Assembly: GCA_021773015.1 (NCBI GenBank)
Contig: JAJFKW010000001.1
Location: forward strand, 1,283,305 to 1,347,304
Direction: 5' to 3'
DNA from: Woeseia sp.
Lineage (GTDB): Bacteria > Pseudomonadota > Gammaproteobacteria > Steroidobacterales > Woeseiaceae
DNA: 64,000 bases
Shown here: piece after piece, positions 1 through 10,493 of the stretch
Layout of the letters: each line of letters begins with the position of its first letter
Position numbering within the stretch: the first letter of the stretch is position 1
The notes under the pieces: model-generated
Told to the model about the DNA's origin: nothing
Databases searched by the model: none
Seen by the model: only the letters and a program-made list of their open reading frames with translations
Translations under genes and position numbers: made by a program

Positions 1-1267
1 TTCGGGATTGTCGAATAAAGAAAAGGCAAATATTCGGGAGGAGTATGCGGCCGGCCGGATCGGTAGGGATGAACTATTGCAAGCAGAATCTGCCGCATAT
101 CATGCTCCTGGCACCTGTACTTTTTATGGAACAGCCAACAGCAACCAAATGTTGATGGAATTCATGGGTCTCCAGTTGCCAGGCGGCTCTTTCGTTAATC
201 CAGGCACGCTGCTGCGCACTGAGCTAACGCAGGAAGCAGTACGTAACTTGTTAAGAATTACGAATTTGGGTGATCAATATATTCCCGTCGCGGATATAGT
301 GAGTGAAAAAGCGATTGTCAATGGAATTATCGGTCTGCTTGCTACCGGTGGCTCAACCAATCATACAATTCATCTGGTCGCAGTAGCCGCCGCTGCGGGA
401 ATTTCAATCGACTGGCAGGATTTCGCAGAACTGTCCGCTGTTACGCCGACACTTGCCCAGGTATACCCAAATGGGCTAGCGGACGTCAATCATTTCCACG
501 CCGCTGGCGGGCTGGGTTTTGTGATTCGCGAACTATTGGACAATGGCCTGTTGCATGAAGACGTTAAAACGATTCTCGGCGATGGCCTGAATCATTACTG
601 TAACGAACCGTTTATTGAAAACAACAAGTTAACCTGGAAGCCCGCGCAGAGCAAAACGCTAGAGAGAAACATCATACGACCCGTTAGTGAACCCTTCGAT
701 CAAGAAGGCGGCATTCGTGTCGTAAACGGAAATATGGGGCGCGCTGTCGTCAAAATTTCGGCGGTCGACCCGACAAATTACGCCATCAAAGCGCCTGCAC
801 GTGTATTTCTGTCTCAAGACGATTTTGCAGCAGCCTTTAATCGTGGGGAACTGGAACAGGATTTTGTTGCAGTGCTACCGTGTCAAGGCCCACAGGCAAA
901 CGGAATGCCTGAATTACACAAACTAACGCCCTACTTGGGCGTATTACAAAATCGTGGATTCCGCGTAGCGCTAATCACCGATGGTCGAATGTCTGGCGCG
1001 TCGGGCAAGGTACTCGCGGCAATACAAGTCACGCCGGAATCTCTCAACGGCGGTGTGATAGGACGAATTCGAAACGACGATACGATCACCATTGACGCAA
1101 TAAGTGGCCAATTAAACGTGGAGTCTTTAGACGATATTGAGTCCCGAGACATCCAGCTAGGAAACGTGCCTGCATCCCGTAGCGGCTTAGGTCGCGAGCT
1201 GTTTGCGGTGTTCCGAAACAAAGTCAGCGGCGCGGAACAAGGTGCGACAATATTCAATGTAGACTAA
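1..1267 (+). CDS. edd: phosphogluconate dehydratase (Edd), C-terminal ~420 aa; 5' end is outside the window
   Basis: The reading frame is open to the window edge. IlvD/EDD-family motifs are present (TCTFYGTANSNQ, ATGGSTNHTIHLVA). Stop codon TAA at 1265-1267. Confidence 0.85.
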   Translation, partial: SGLSNKEKANIREEYAAGRIGRDELLQAESAAYHAPGTCTFYGTANSNQMLMEFMGLQLPGGSFVNPGTLLRTELTQEAVRNLLRITNLGDQYIPVADIVSEKAIVNGIIGLLATGGSTNHTIHLVAVAAAAGISIDWQDFAELSAVTPTLAQVYPNGLADVNHFHAAGGLGFVIRELLDNGLLHEDVKTILGDGLNHYCNEPFIENNKLTWKPAQSKTLERNIIRPVSEPFDQEGGIRVVNGNMGRAVVKISAVDPTNYAIKAPARVFLSQDDFAAAFNRGELEQDFVAVLPCQGPQANGMPELHKLTPYLGVLQNRGFRVALITDGRMSGASGKVLAAIQVTPESLNGGVIGRIRNDDTITIDAISGQLNVESLDDIESRDIQLGNVPASRSGLGRELFAVFRNKVSGAEQGATIFNVD

Positions 1268-1369
1268 CAAAAGTTTCTGAAGCACCGATCGTCGAAAAAT
1301 GAGTAACACTGGTCGTCGACATCGATAATACTGATACCGCCCGCAGGCCAATTCGCCGCGCCATGCAAA

Positions 1370-2281
1370 TTATAGAGCACACCGATATCGGCTTTCGATG
1401 CATTCGTGATCTTCGTTGAGCGTCAATACCACATCTGCGGTCGCAGGCAATAGATCCAGGTTATGCCGGGTGATTCGCTCATAGTGTTGCATGAACCAAC
1501 GTAGCTGCTGACTATCCATAATCCCGCCCGCACCACGGCCGACTTTTTTCTCGAGCTTTCGTTCCTGCAGTTGGCGCCATTCAAAAATTGCTTCGAAGCT
1601 CGGTGCTTCTAAAAATACTGTAGCGTCAAGCGAACAAAAAATACTCGCCTCGTATGCCATCAATTTTTCGTTGACATAGCGACGCCATAATCCGCTCGGA
1701 TCTTCGCGCGCTTCCAGCTCGTTCAATGAATTCAATAGAGACTCGTGCGGCTGCGGCACGCTAGCAACGCACCAACCCTCCAGTATGATCAAATCCACGG
1801 GCCCTTCGATAACAGTCCAGTGCTCCTCGGGTACGCGATCATCAACAGATTTATCGAATCGCGGCAACTTCGTAGTCTGGCCGCTCTGAAGCTGACGCAG
1901 ACTATTCAGAGACTCGCACAGCAAGCCGACATCGTGGGAGCCTGGGACACCCCGCGTCAGCAATAGCGGATGAACGCTGGTTGCCAAGGTCCTTCTCTCT
2001 GATTTAGTCAGGTAATAGTCGTCAAGAGATAGAACTGCCGTGTACTGAGCATACTGAGTCCCCAGCGCCTTGCGGAGGTAATCAGCCAGCGTCGATTTAC
2101 CGGTGCCCTGCGCCCCGCTGACGCCGATCACATACGGCGAGCCTCGGCGAAGCTTTGCCGAAATCCATTTCGCCAGTGGATCGTAGTACTCAGTAATTGT
2201 CCGGCGGTAATTAGCGGGCAGACAATGCCGCTCCAAAAACTCCGTTATCTGACGACTATTCAATGCCGTTTTCGACCGCAC
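1370..2281 (-). CDS. P-loop kinase of the uridine kinase / glycerate-3-kinase-like family
   Basis: 303-aa ORF with Walker A GVSGAQGTGKST. GTG start at 2279-2281. Confidence 0.6.
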   Translation of the reverse strand: MRSKTALNSRQITEFLERHCLPANYRRTITEYYDPLAKWISAKLRRGSPYVIGVSGAQGTGKSTLADYLRKALGTQYAQYTAVLSLDDYYLTKSERRTLATSVHPLLLTRGVPGSHDVGLLCESLNSLRQLQSGQTTKLPRFDKSVDDRVPEEHWTVIEGPVDLIILEGWCVASVPQPHESLLNSLNELEAREDPSGLWRRYVNEKLMAYEASIFCSLDATVFLEAPSFEAIFEWRQLQERKLEKKVGRGAGGIMDSQQLRWFMQHYERITRHNLDLLPATADVVLTLNEDHECIESRYRCAL

Positions 2282-2364
2282 GGGTGCTTTGCATGCGAAC
2301 GGCTCCTAGCATTGCTGCACTCCCGCTTCGCCGCTTGGTCAGCAAAAAACAAGATTTTTCATAG

Positions 2365-2760
2365 CTAGTTGTCAGTACTTGCTGGCTCCAATGCCGCCGT
2401 ATCATCAACCTCAACAACCTCTTCGTCGGCCGTTGCGGCATCGACGTCAACGTCACTTTCTCTGACCGATGCACTCGCGCAGTCCCATCCCCAGCCTTCC
2501 AATTTTTCAATAAATGCAGTGGATTTTTCTTCGCAATAGCCGCTTTGGCTGCCCGCGCTCCACAAAACCTGGCGCTGTTCCGGCGCCTCAATGTTCTTGT
2601 AGTAGTGCACTTCACAAGGAACTGCATCCGCCGTTTCATAGAGGATCTCAACGCGACGGGTCAATTCGCCCAGTGTGCACTCGAATTTCTCGGCACCCTG
2701 TGCAAACGTAATGCTTGGAATCGACATTGCGACGATTGCCAACGGGATCTTGCGAACCAT
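2365..2760 (-). CDS. hypothetical secreted protein (signal peptide, 4 Cys, acidic C-terminal tail)
   Basis: ORF 2365..2862 trimmed to the internal ATG at 2758-2760, which gives the signal-peptide-like N-terminus MVRKIPLAIVAMSIPSITFA. Confidence 0.4.
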   Translation of the reverse strand: MVRKIPLAIVAMSIPSITFAQGAEKFECTLGELTRRVEILYETADAVPCEVHYYKNIEAPEQRQVLWSAGSQSGYCEEKSTAFIEKLEGWGWDCASASVRESDVDVDAATADEEVVEVDDTAALEPASTDN

Positions 2761-2813
2761 ATCGGGTACTCCAGATCTGTAATCGTGGTGGCGGATTATA
2801 TCAGGACTTTGTG

Positions 2814-3635
2814 CTAAGTATGGGTGTCGTTGTGCTGCTTGGCATTGCGAATAAGCGGCCAAAATAGCTGTTGGGCCGCGCCAACGGGCGGTAAATTCTC
2901 AACGCCATATTTCGCTGGGTATTTACGAGTGATCTTTGCTGTTCCAAATAGTACGTCCCAGAAGAAAAGCAAATTGCCAAAATTTCCCTTGTAGTTCGAA
3001 ATTCCATCATCCCTGTATTTCCCATGGTGCGCCGAGTGCGTTGCCGGCGTTGATATCAGACGCTCCACGACCCACATGATGGGTGATAACGACGCGTGTT
3101 TGTAAAGTGGCCTGTCCCATTGAACGTCTGAATGTGCCGCGCAAATCACCAGCAACTTCACGAGGATATAAAAAATATAGACCTTACCCAAACCCGCATA
3201 AATCAAGACACCCGAAAACCAAAGACTCGGCATCATCAAATAGTAGAAAAAGTTGTTTCGATATACGATACGGATACTCATGTACTGGGCATCGTGATGT
3301 GGGCGGTGCAGATTATAGAGCCATTTGGTGTTATGAGATAAGCGATGCCACCAGTACTGCATCAAGTCGTCAAATATCAGCAACAAACCAACTTGAGCCA
3401 AAACCGGCCACGCGATTAGTGCGCCCGCGTAATTCGGTATCATTTCGCTGGCAATTACATTTGCGCTTAACAATACCGCTGGTTGCGTAACTGCAAATAG
3501 CAGAACGGTGCTCGCGAACTCGACGATCGCATCTTCTCGGCGTTGCCGAGCCTTATGAAAAAACCCTGTGGATAGGAACTCGGCGAGCGAAAATCCCAGA
3601 AAAATCACAGCAACGGCAACTACCTCGAGTGGCAT
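2814..3635 (-). CDS. fatty acid hydroxylase / sterol desaturase family membrane protein
   Basis: 273 aa. Histidine boxes HRLSH, HRPHH and HSAHH plus hydrophobic segments. ATG at 3633-3635. Confidence 0.7.
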   Translation of the reverse strand: MPLEVVAVAVIFLGFSLAEFLSTGFFHKARQRREDAIVEFASTVLLFAVTQPAVLLSANVIASEMIPNYAGALIAWPVLAQVGLLLIFDDLMQYWWHRLSHNTKWLYNLHRPHHDAQYMSIRIVYRNNFFYYLMMPSLWFSGVLIYAGLGKVYIFYILVKLLVICAAHSDVQWDRPLYKHASLSPIMWVVERLISTPATHSAHHGKYRDDGISNYKGNFGNLLFFWDVLFGTAKITRKYPAKYGVENLPPVGAAQQLFWPLIRNAKQHNDTHT

Positions 3636-3814
3636 TTACAACTCGCTACACTGTTGAGTGCTCGAAAAAGCGGTGGTGTTTTAGGATCCATCGCTCCATA
3701 GTATCAAACAGATCGAATTCACCTTGCGTTGTACCAAGTTTATCGTTCGAGATGGTCGAATTCGAGTATATGCGTTTTCTGCGACCTGCGAGCTGCCATT
3801 GGGAACCGCGCAAC

Positions 3815-4909
3815 ATGACGACTTGGTTTAGAAAATACTTGCTTCCAGGGATGGTCTTCCAATCGATCGCCATCGCTGGCGGCTATGGCACAGGACGTGA
3901 ACTTGCGGAGTTTTTCCTTCGTTATGGTCCGATCAACGGCTTGTTAGGATTGCTCATCCCTACGATGCTGATAATAAGCCTGTGCAGTATTATGACATTC
4001 GAACTGGCCCGAATATATCGCGCGTACGACTACCGGAGTTTTCTGCGCCTATTACTAGGTCGCGCGTGGTTTCTATATGAAATTATCTACCTGACGTCGG
4101 TCTTGCTGATTCTCGCAGTAATTGGCGCCGCAACCGGTACGCTGTTAGTTGAGGCTGTGGATGTACCAGCAATTGTGGGTACCATGCTACTGCTTGGCGC
4201 AATTGCATTTCTTGCATTCAAGGGCTCTCGAGTCATTGAGGGTGTGATGTCCGTATGGTCGTTCGTACTTTACGCCGTCTACCTATCTGTTTTTGTGCTT
4301 AGCATGTTGCGGTATGGAAATGACGTTGCCGAGCAGTTTTCACTATCGGACTTAAAATCCGGCTGGATTATTTCGGGCTTGCGGTACGGTGCGTTGCAGC
4401 TTCTACTGCTGCCGGCGGTACTGTTTGCAACCACACATATTACGAAGCGTAAAGAGGCTATTGTCGCCGGAGCCCTAGTCGGCCCGATTATGATCTTGCC
4501 TGCCGTGATGTTTTTTGTTGCCATGGTCGCACACTATCCCACAATCATGGATCGCCCCGTACCGGTGAACCTCATCCTACAAGCCCTTGACTCGCCGTTT
4601 CTTCAAATTGTATTTCCAATCGTACTGGTTGGAACTTTTATCGAAACTGGCACTGGTATGATCCATGCGTTTAACGAAAGAATCGCGACGGCACTCAGTG
4701 CCATAGGCCGAATTATGCCGCCGTATATCCGACCCGTTACAGCAGTCGCGTTAGTTGTATGCGCAACATTAATGTCAAGATTTGGCCTGATTGATCTCAT
4801 CGCCGTCGGTTACGGGACGCTTACCTGGATTGCACTTGCTGTACTAATACTGCCACTACTAGGCGTCGGGGCTTGGCGTATATTCCATTCTTCGCAAAAT
4901 AACGTCTAG
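3815..4909 (+). CDS. polytopic inner-membrane protein, putative transporter (YkvI-like)
   Basis: ORF 3629..4909 with about 10 or more hydrophobic helices. Start placed at ATG 3815 (MTTWFRKY...) so it does not overlap the divergent gene starting at 3635. Alternative starts are at 3752 and 3770. Confidence 0.55.
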   Translation: MTTWFRKYLLPGMVFQSIAIAGGYGTGRELAEFFLRYGPINGLLGLLIPTMLIISLCSIMTFELARIYRAYDYRSFLRLLLGRAWFLYEIIYLTSVLLILAVIGAATGTLLVEAVDVPAIVGTMLLLGAIAFLAFKGSRVIEGVMSVWSFVLYAVYLSVFVLSMLRYGNDVAEQFSLSDLKSGWIISGLRYGALQLLLLPAVLFATTHITKRKEAIVAGALVGPIMILPAVMFFVAMVAHYPTIMDRPVPVNLILQALDSPFLQIVFPIVLVGTFIETGTGMIHAFNERIATALSAIGRIMPPYIRPVTAVALVVCATLMSRFGLIDLIAVGYGTLTWIALAVLILPLLGVGAWRIFHSSQNNV

Positions 4910-5167
4910 CAATTTGCTACCACCGGCCAATCCGTACCTTGACTGCATCGATAGTCGGTAAGACGGAAGGGCATCGAGATCTCAGCGAACACTGGTGATT
5001 TCAATTTCTGCCTTTATCAGCATTAACTGGCGCTAGCACTCCCTAAATGTCGTTAACTATCGATGCGCAACAACAGCGCACGGACGTACCGTAACAACTC
5101 GCAAGCGGTTCTTTGAATTTGGCGACTTCATTCCATTTGGCGGATATTCAGCGGTACAAAATACTCG

Positions 5168-5452
5168 GTGAACAAACTATCTTTATTCGCAGTCTTCGCC
5201 TTTACCGGTTTAGCAGCATGCAGCGCCGACCTGGCAGGCACCTATAAAGATCGGCAGGGCGTAACGACATATACGTTCGAAAGCGATGGACGCGCAGCCG
5301 TCTCTGTTCTCGGAACTACCGTCGCAGCAGAATACAAGCTAGATGGCGATAAAGTACTGCTCACAAGTCCGCAGGGTACGGTTGTATTAACACGCCACGG
5401 GAAGTCACTGCTCGGCCCGATGGGATTAGAGCTCATTCGTCAAGCGGAATAA
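5168..5452 (+). CDS. small lipoprotein, hypothetical
   Basis: GTG start. Lipobox (FTGLAAC) follows a hydrophobic N-terminus. 94 aa. Confidence 0.5.
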   Translation: MNKLSLFAVFAFTGLAACSADLAGTYKDRQGVTTYTFESDGRAAVSVLGTTVAAEYKLDGDKVLLTSPQGTVVLTRHGKSLLGPMGLELIRQAE

Positions 5453-5502
5453 AACCGCACCAGCGTGACGTTGGTCACGCAAATTAGTCAAGGGAGATAA
5501 CA

Positions 5503-5763
5503 GTGATTTTGTCAAAGATGGTGGTCAAGTGGCTAGAAGTAATTATTGAAGTGGGGCTCTGGCTGATTCTGCTTGTCGGCTTTATCGCGGGTTGGAGTCT
5601 CGGAAGTAGCTTTTTCGGAAGTTTAGGTATGGCACTTTTGACAACTTTGGGGGCTGCTTTGTCAGGTGCCGCGCTTTTTGGGTTCTTCATTTTGCTGAAT
5701 AGCATTAACAAGACGGTCACAAAAATTTCGGAAAGCTCATCTCACTCAGGCCAACACAGCTAA
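5503..5763 (+). CDS. small membrane protein, hypothetical
   Basis: 86 aa with two hydrophobic helices. AGGGAGA RBS lies 5 nt upstream of the GTG at 5503. An alternative ATG is at 5518. Confidence 0.45.
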   Translation: MILSKMVVKWLEVIIEVGLWLILLVGFIAGWSLGSSFFGSLGMALLTTLGAALSGAALFGFFILLNSINKTVTKISESSSHSGQHS

Positions 5764-5825
5764 TCGTACACATTGCCTAGCGGTTCGGTCATTCACAATC
5801 GCACAATTGAAATCGAGAGAAAATT

Positions 5826-6239
5826 ATGAAATTCAAATTACTCATCACGTTAGCAGCAATACTCGCGTTAGCAGGTTGCGGCACAGGCGGCAAATCACCG
5901 GACGGTATCGTAGAACAGATTTACGAGCTCTCTGCGGATGGCAACCTCGAAGCAGCGCTCGAGTTGTTGGTTATCGAAAAGCGTAGCCAACGCGAAGCTA
6001 GTATTCAAAAATTGGCGAGATTGCGTGATCACTTGATCGATTGGAAATTTACTGGATTCGAATTTAGACCGCATTCCGGTGAAACCGAACAATCGATCCG
6101 CGTGCATTTTGCGGAGAGTTATGAGAACGGGAAAACCATGGATGGCGGCGCTCAACTAATGAAAGAAGACGGTGACTGGAAATTGAAATCACTTTATGTC
6201 CCGGGTGACGCTCGTGGCCGCGGCAAACACACGCTGTAA
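5826..6239 (+). CDS. lipoprotein, hypothetical
   Basis: 137 aa. Lipobox LALAGC. GAGAG RBS upstream. Confidence 0.55.
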   Translation: MKFKLLITLAAILALAGCGTGGKSPDGIVEQIYELSADGNLEAALELLVIEKRSQREASIQKLARLRDHLIDWKFTGFEFRPHSGETEQSIRVHFAESYENGKTMDGGAQLMKEDGDWKLKSLYVPGDARGRGKHTL

Positions 6240-6283
6240 TCCAGCTATTTTTATTCGCCGACGTTGATACAGAGGAGTACGTA

Positions 6284-6625
6284 ATGAAAAAGTTGCTGTC
6301 CGTTGGTTTCTTAATATTATTCGGCTGCGGTGGCGGTGGCGGTGGCGGTGCCGAGTTGAACGGTGCGTACAGGCCGCAATTCGCGCCGAATACTCCGCGT
6401 TATGAAATTGCGTTATCGGATGAAGTATTAGAATTTATTCCAGGACATCAGGTAGTAATTAAGAACGGTTACGGAACGAAAACGTGGAATTACTCCGTAC
6501 GTGGCGGCGTAATAATTATGAAACACGCAGACGGGTCAATGCGCAAACACTATGCATTGGGGACCGACGACTGCATCTTTTACAGCAAAGGCGACCCGAC
6601 ACTGGAACTTCAGTACTGTAAGTAA
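6284..6625 (+). CDS. lipoprotein with Gly-rich linker, hypothetical
   Basis: 113 aa. Lipobox ILFGC followed by GGGGGGG. AGAGGAG RBS upstream. Confidence 0.55.
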   Translation: MKKLLSVGFLILFGCGGGGGGGAELNGAYRPQFAPNTPRYEIALSDEVLEFIPGHQVVIKNGYGTKTWNYSVRGGVIIMKHADGSMRKHYALGTDDCIFYSKGDPTLELQYCK

Positions 6626-6682
6626 ATCGCGCAACTGTGGCGTCGCCAGAGTGGAGTAAACGGGGACGGGGACGAAGAAGCT

Positions 6683-8251
6683 TTAGCTAATTTTTGAACC
6701 GTCTTCCACAACCGAAGCTCGAATTTGATCAATTTGTGGTTTCAATTTGGGCGGTGGCGTTCCCAGGCAATGGCTGTCGCGCGGACAGCTTGAGCTTCGT
6801 TGGCAAATGATGGTCGCAGCTTTTGCTGCGCCCTCGGCGATCCAACCGATATTGAGAATTTTCCCAATACTTTGCAGCTGTTTTCTCGCCTCAGCAGGAA
6901 TCTCACCCGAACCACCGCTTTTATTGCAATTTGTGTCGATCATCTCAATTGTGCTGACCGGATCGATATTCTGCGATGCCAAGGCCGGCGACAGATCTAC
7001 ACCGGCACATAATACATGGGGGTTACCGGCGGCATCCCTGCTTCGAATAGATTCGCAGCAGTACAAGCGTTTATGTTCGCCGGTGCGCAGCACCGATATT
7101 TGTGCCGACGGTTTGGTCGATCGAGTGTTCAGCATTCTAAATACCGCCCAGTGCTGGCAAGGATCAGACACCATCGTCATGTTACCCCACGGCAAAGGAA
7201 TACCATTACCACGATACACCGCACGCAGATTACCCGGTGGATACGCATCGAAGTAGTGCCAATGTGGATACGGCGAGACACTGGACATGCGCCGCATCAC
7301 TAATGTTCTCGTTAAATCAATTTTGTCCCCCGCGTTGATAGCGTAGGAACGCTTGCTAAGAAATTGACGAAAAGGTGTTTTCGGCGTCAATAGCGCTGCA
7401 GCAAAGTAACTGCATTCGAAATCGCGCCAAGCGTACAGTATGTCTTTTGCATCGATATTTGGCGATTCGGCGTCGTGTCTGCGCCCCGACACTCGCCCCC
7501 CAGAAACCTGTGGTGCCCGTGCACCATCGCCGTCGTGTAATACGATATGTGCAATGTGGTTCGCAAGATCGTATTTCAGACGAGCGGGATTTTTTTCGAG
7601 CTGTCTATTCAAGTAGACTGTTCCCGGCGGATCGAAAAACGACCTGACCAATGTATTGAGCGGCAATTCGGTGTCACCTTTATCTTTGAAAGTCGACTTG
7701 TCGAACCATTGGATTTTTAGCCCCAAGCCTTTGGCTATCGCAAATATGTCGTCAACATTCAGCGGAAATTGCTTTTTGCCCACGGCCTCCGCCGCGCGTT
7801 CGAGGTCGGGAAACGAATTGTTATTGGATTCCTGATGGGCCCGGATTAGTAAGTGTGCAAATTGCCTTCCGGTTGTGCCAGTTTGCGCTAGCAGTTCTGG
7901 AATCGCCAGCTGCAAAAGCGACTCGGAAAACAAAAAGCCTGGCTCAAGCGGCATTCCGCCGACCGCCGCTGTAGGGGCCGTGTCAATGACATTTTCTTCC
8001 AGCGATTCGTCAAAAAACCAACTAACCTGCTTCTGAAAAATGTCGGCAACAATCTCCAGGAGTCGCTCAGATGGAACTCGTTTGCCATTTTCGATCATCG
8101 ACAGGTAAGAAACCGAGGGACCTGCTTCAGCATCAATTTGTATGCAGCGCACTGATAAGTCCTCCAGCGTAAGTCGATTTCGCTTACGCAAGCTCTTGAT
8201 CTTTGTCCCCAAGAAATGCGCTTTTCGCTTGATCCCAGCCTGAGTTCGCAT
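6683..8251 (-). CDS. XRE-family transcriptional regulator of the RamB / short-chain acyl-CoA regulator type (HTH_XRE N-terminus plus a large C-terminal region resembling ImmA/IrrE peptidase-like and DUF2083 domains)
   Basis: 522 aa. N-terminal HTH (LGTKIKSLRKRNRLTLEDLSVRC...SYLSMIENGKRVPS). Divergently arranged with isocitrate lyase, as is typical for this regulator family. Confidence 0.65.
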   Translation of the reverse strand: MRTQAGIKRKAHFLGTKIKSLRKRNRLTLEDLSVRCIQIDAEAGPSVSYLSMIENGKRVPSERLLEIVADIFQKQVSWFFDESLEENVIDTAPTAAVGGMPLEPGFLFSESLLQLAIPELLAQTGTTGRQFAHLLIRAHQESNNNSFPDLERAAEAVGKKQFPLNVDDIFAIAKGLGLKIQWFDKSTFKDKGDTELPLNTLVRSFFDPPGTVYLNRQLEKNPARLKYDLANHIAHIVLHDGDGARAPQVSGGRVSGRRHDAESPNIDAKDILYAWRDFECSYFAAALLTPKTPFRQFLSKRSYAINAGDKIDLTRTLVMRRMSSVSPYPHWHYFDAYPPGNLRAVYRGNGIPLPWGNMTMVSDPCQHWAVFRMLNTRSTKPSAQISVLRTGEHKRLYCCESIRSRDAAGNPHVLCAGVDLSPALASQNIDPVSTIEMIDTNCNKSGGSGEIPAEARKQLQSIGKILNIGWIAEGAAKAATIICQRSSSCPRDSHCLGTPPPKLKPQIDQIRASVVEDGSKIS

Positions 8252-8375
8252 GCTGTCACCTTTGTGAAATTGACACTGTGAAATTTTTACTGTGAAATTT
8301 CGCTCTATATTGCCCTAGTATAACCCTCACAGAGCCAATTTCACCCACCAAACATGGATGACTGGAGATTTGGAA

Positions 8376-9653
8376 ATGAAGCAGGAACAAATTCGCAAGC
8401 TTGACGCTGACTGGACCGATAGCCCACGGTGGAAGGGAATTTCACGTAATTATAGTGCCGAAGACGTGGTCAAGTTACGCGGCTCAGTTCAGATTGAACA
8501 CACATTGGCTCGCCACGGCAGTGAAAAATTCTGGCGATTAATCAATCAAGCCGACCCAGTTTGCGGACTTGGCGCGCTTACGGGCAACCAGGCAATTCAA
8601 GAGGTGCAGGCAGGCCTCAAAGCCATCTATTGTTCTGGCTGGCAAGTTGCTGGCGACGGAAATAGCTCGGGAGAAATGTACCCAGATCAAAGCCTCTACC
8701 CTGTCGACTCTGTTCCGAAAATGGTTGAGCGAATTAACAATGCGCTAATGAGAACTGACGAAATTCACTCGCTCGGTGGCGATAACAGCATTGACTGGTA
8801 TGCGCCGATCATTGCGGATGCCGAAGCGGGTTTCGGCGGTAACCTCAACGCATTCGAACTGATGAAAAGTATGATTCGCGCTGGTGCCGCGGGTGTCCAT
8901 TTCGAGGATCAACTGTCCTCGGCGAAGAAATGTGGCCACATGGGCGGCAAAGTTTTGGTGCCAACTCAAGAAGCGATAGCAAAGCTCAACGCGGCGAGAT
9001 TAGCAGCAGATGTATGCGGGGTACCAACAGTGTTGATTGCTCGAACTGATGCCGATGCCGCCAACCTTATTACCTCTGACATAGACGAAAGAGACCACGC
9101 ATTCATTACCGGTGAACGTACCGCAGAGGGCTTTTTCCGTACGCAAAGCGGCCTGGATCAAGCGATTGCCCGCGGACTTGCCTATGCACCATACGCCGAC
9201 ATGCTTTGGTGCGAAACCTCCAAACCGGACCTCGACCAAGCACAGCGATTTGCGGATGCGATTCATGCACAGTTTCCAGACCAACTACTTGCGTATAACT
9301 GTTCTCCATCGTTCAACTGGAAGGCGAATCTCGATGACGCCACGATGAAGACATTTAGGGAAGCGCTTGGAAAAATGGGATTCAAATTTCAGTTCATTAC
9401 ACTTGCAGGTTGGCACGCACTGAATTCAAGCATGTTTAATCTGTCTCGCGCATACAAGAAAGAGGGCATGTACGCGTATTCGAAACTTCAAGAGCAAGAG
9501 TTCGATGATGAGCGACACGGCTTTCGTGCGGCAAAGCACCAGTCATTTGTCGGTGCCGGCTACTTCGATGCGGTCCAAAACACGATCATGAATGGACTGT
9601 CATCGACAACCGCGCTTGCCGGCAGCACTGAAGAAGAACAATTTGTTGCATAG
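8376..9653 (+). CDS. aceA: isocitrate lyase
   Basis: KKCGHMGGK active-site motif. N-terminus aligns to E. coli AceA from [17 protein letters not shown] lies 9 nt upstream of the ATG at 8376. The ORF could extend to 8358. Confidence 0.9.
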   Translation: MKQEQIRKLDADWTDSPRWKGISRNYSAEDVVKLRGSVQIEHTLARHGSEKFWRLINQADPVCGLGALTGNQAIQEVQAGLKAIYCSGWQVAGDGNSSGEMYPDQSLYPVDSVPKMVERINNALMRTDEIHSLGGDNSIDWYAPIIADAEAGFGGNLNAFELMKSMIRAGAAGVHFEDQLSSAKKCGHMGGKVLVPTQEAIAKLNAARLAADVCGVPTVLIARTDADAANLITSDIDERDHAFITGERTAEGFFRTQSGLDQAIARGLAYAPYADMLWCETSKPDLDQAQRFADAIHAQFPDQLLAYNCSPSFNWKANLDDATMKTFREALGKMGFKFQFITLAGWHALNSSMFNLSRAYKKEGMYAYSKLQEQEFDDERHGFRAAKHQSFVGAGYFDAVQNTIMNGLSSTTALAGSTEEEQFVA

Positions 9654-9686
9654 CCCAAATATACCCGATCAATCGGAGGCCACACA

Positions 9687-10175
9687 ATGGATACATTATT
9701 ATTAGATCGTTCAAACGGCTTGGCAAGCGCTTGCCCGGATGGATTCGTCAACGCACACCGCCTGCTTGACGACGCTGAGACCAATGGAAGTGATCGCGTC
9801 AGCCGCTTTCTCGACCGCATCCTACCGCTTCGGGGCGCTAGTCACGCGGACGTTATCAACTATCTGATCGACATTCCGCTACGTTATGCAGAGTGTTTTG
9901 GGGTTCTCAACGACGGCCGTAAAGTGTCATTCGTCGAGCGAAGGAAATTCCTAGGTTGGTCAAGCCACCGCCGCAAAAGAACCCTGTTGTTCAAGTGTGA
10001 TGAATTACAAGTCGAAATTCATGTTGATCCGCATGACCCACGCTGCAAAAACTCACCGGGGAATGTACGCAAAGTTGAACTAGAGCTATCCGGTGCAATG
10101 GCATACGAGAATGGACGTTTTTCGCAACGCAAATTCATCTCAACGGATGGCAGTCTGCTACAGATTGTCCGCTAG
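9687..10175 (+). CDS. hypothetical protein, probably co-transcribed with aceA
   Basis: 162-aa ORF beginning 33 nt after the aceA stop, with a GGAGG RBS. Confidence 0.5.
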   Translation: MDTLLLDRSNGLASACPDGFVNAHRLLDDAETNGSDRVSRFLDRILPLRGASHADVINYLIDIPLRYAECFGVLNDGRKVSFVERRKFLGWSSHRRKRTLLFKCDELQVEIHVDPHDPRCKNSPGNVRKVELELSGAMAYENGRFSQRKFISTDGSLLQIVR

Positions 10176-10277
10176 CTGAAACACCAAATACACAATCGGC
10201 TAAATCAAGTATATTTATGGTGGATTGGTGTCACTCATAACGAAGCGCGAGTACCGGGTGTAAACGAGCTATACGTA

Positions 10278-10358
10278 CCGCGCGCCCGGCGACAGTTGCC
10301 CTCGCAAACATTAAGGCGATAACCCCGGCTACAAGCAAAATAGCGATTGGCGCGCGGA
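10278..10358 (+). terminator. possible terminator-like hairpin (9-bp GC stem CCGCGCGCC/GGCGCGCGG with a long loop, then a T-run)
   Basis: Seen directly in the sequence. The long loop makes this a weak call. Confidence 0.25.
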
Positions 10359-10493
10359 TTTTTTACTTGAAAAATCCAAGTAGGTTTCGATTGTAAAAAA
10401 CGCAGCAGGTAACGCGAGCACCTGCGTCCAGGCGTCTGGCCTCAGCGGACAAAGTGCGTAAATATTTCGGAGCTAATTGCGCCGAGCATACTT

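Noticed and set aside
6747-7647. Several plus-strand ORFs (169, 95 and 90 aa) inside the XRE/RamB-like regulator gene
   Set aside because: They are antisense to a gene with a clear HTH domain, and their Arg/Cys-rich products have no motifs.
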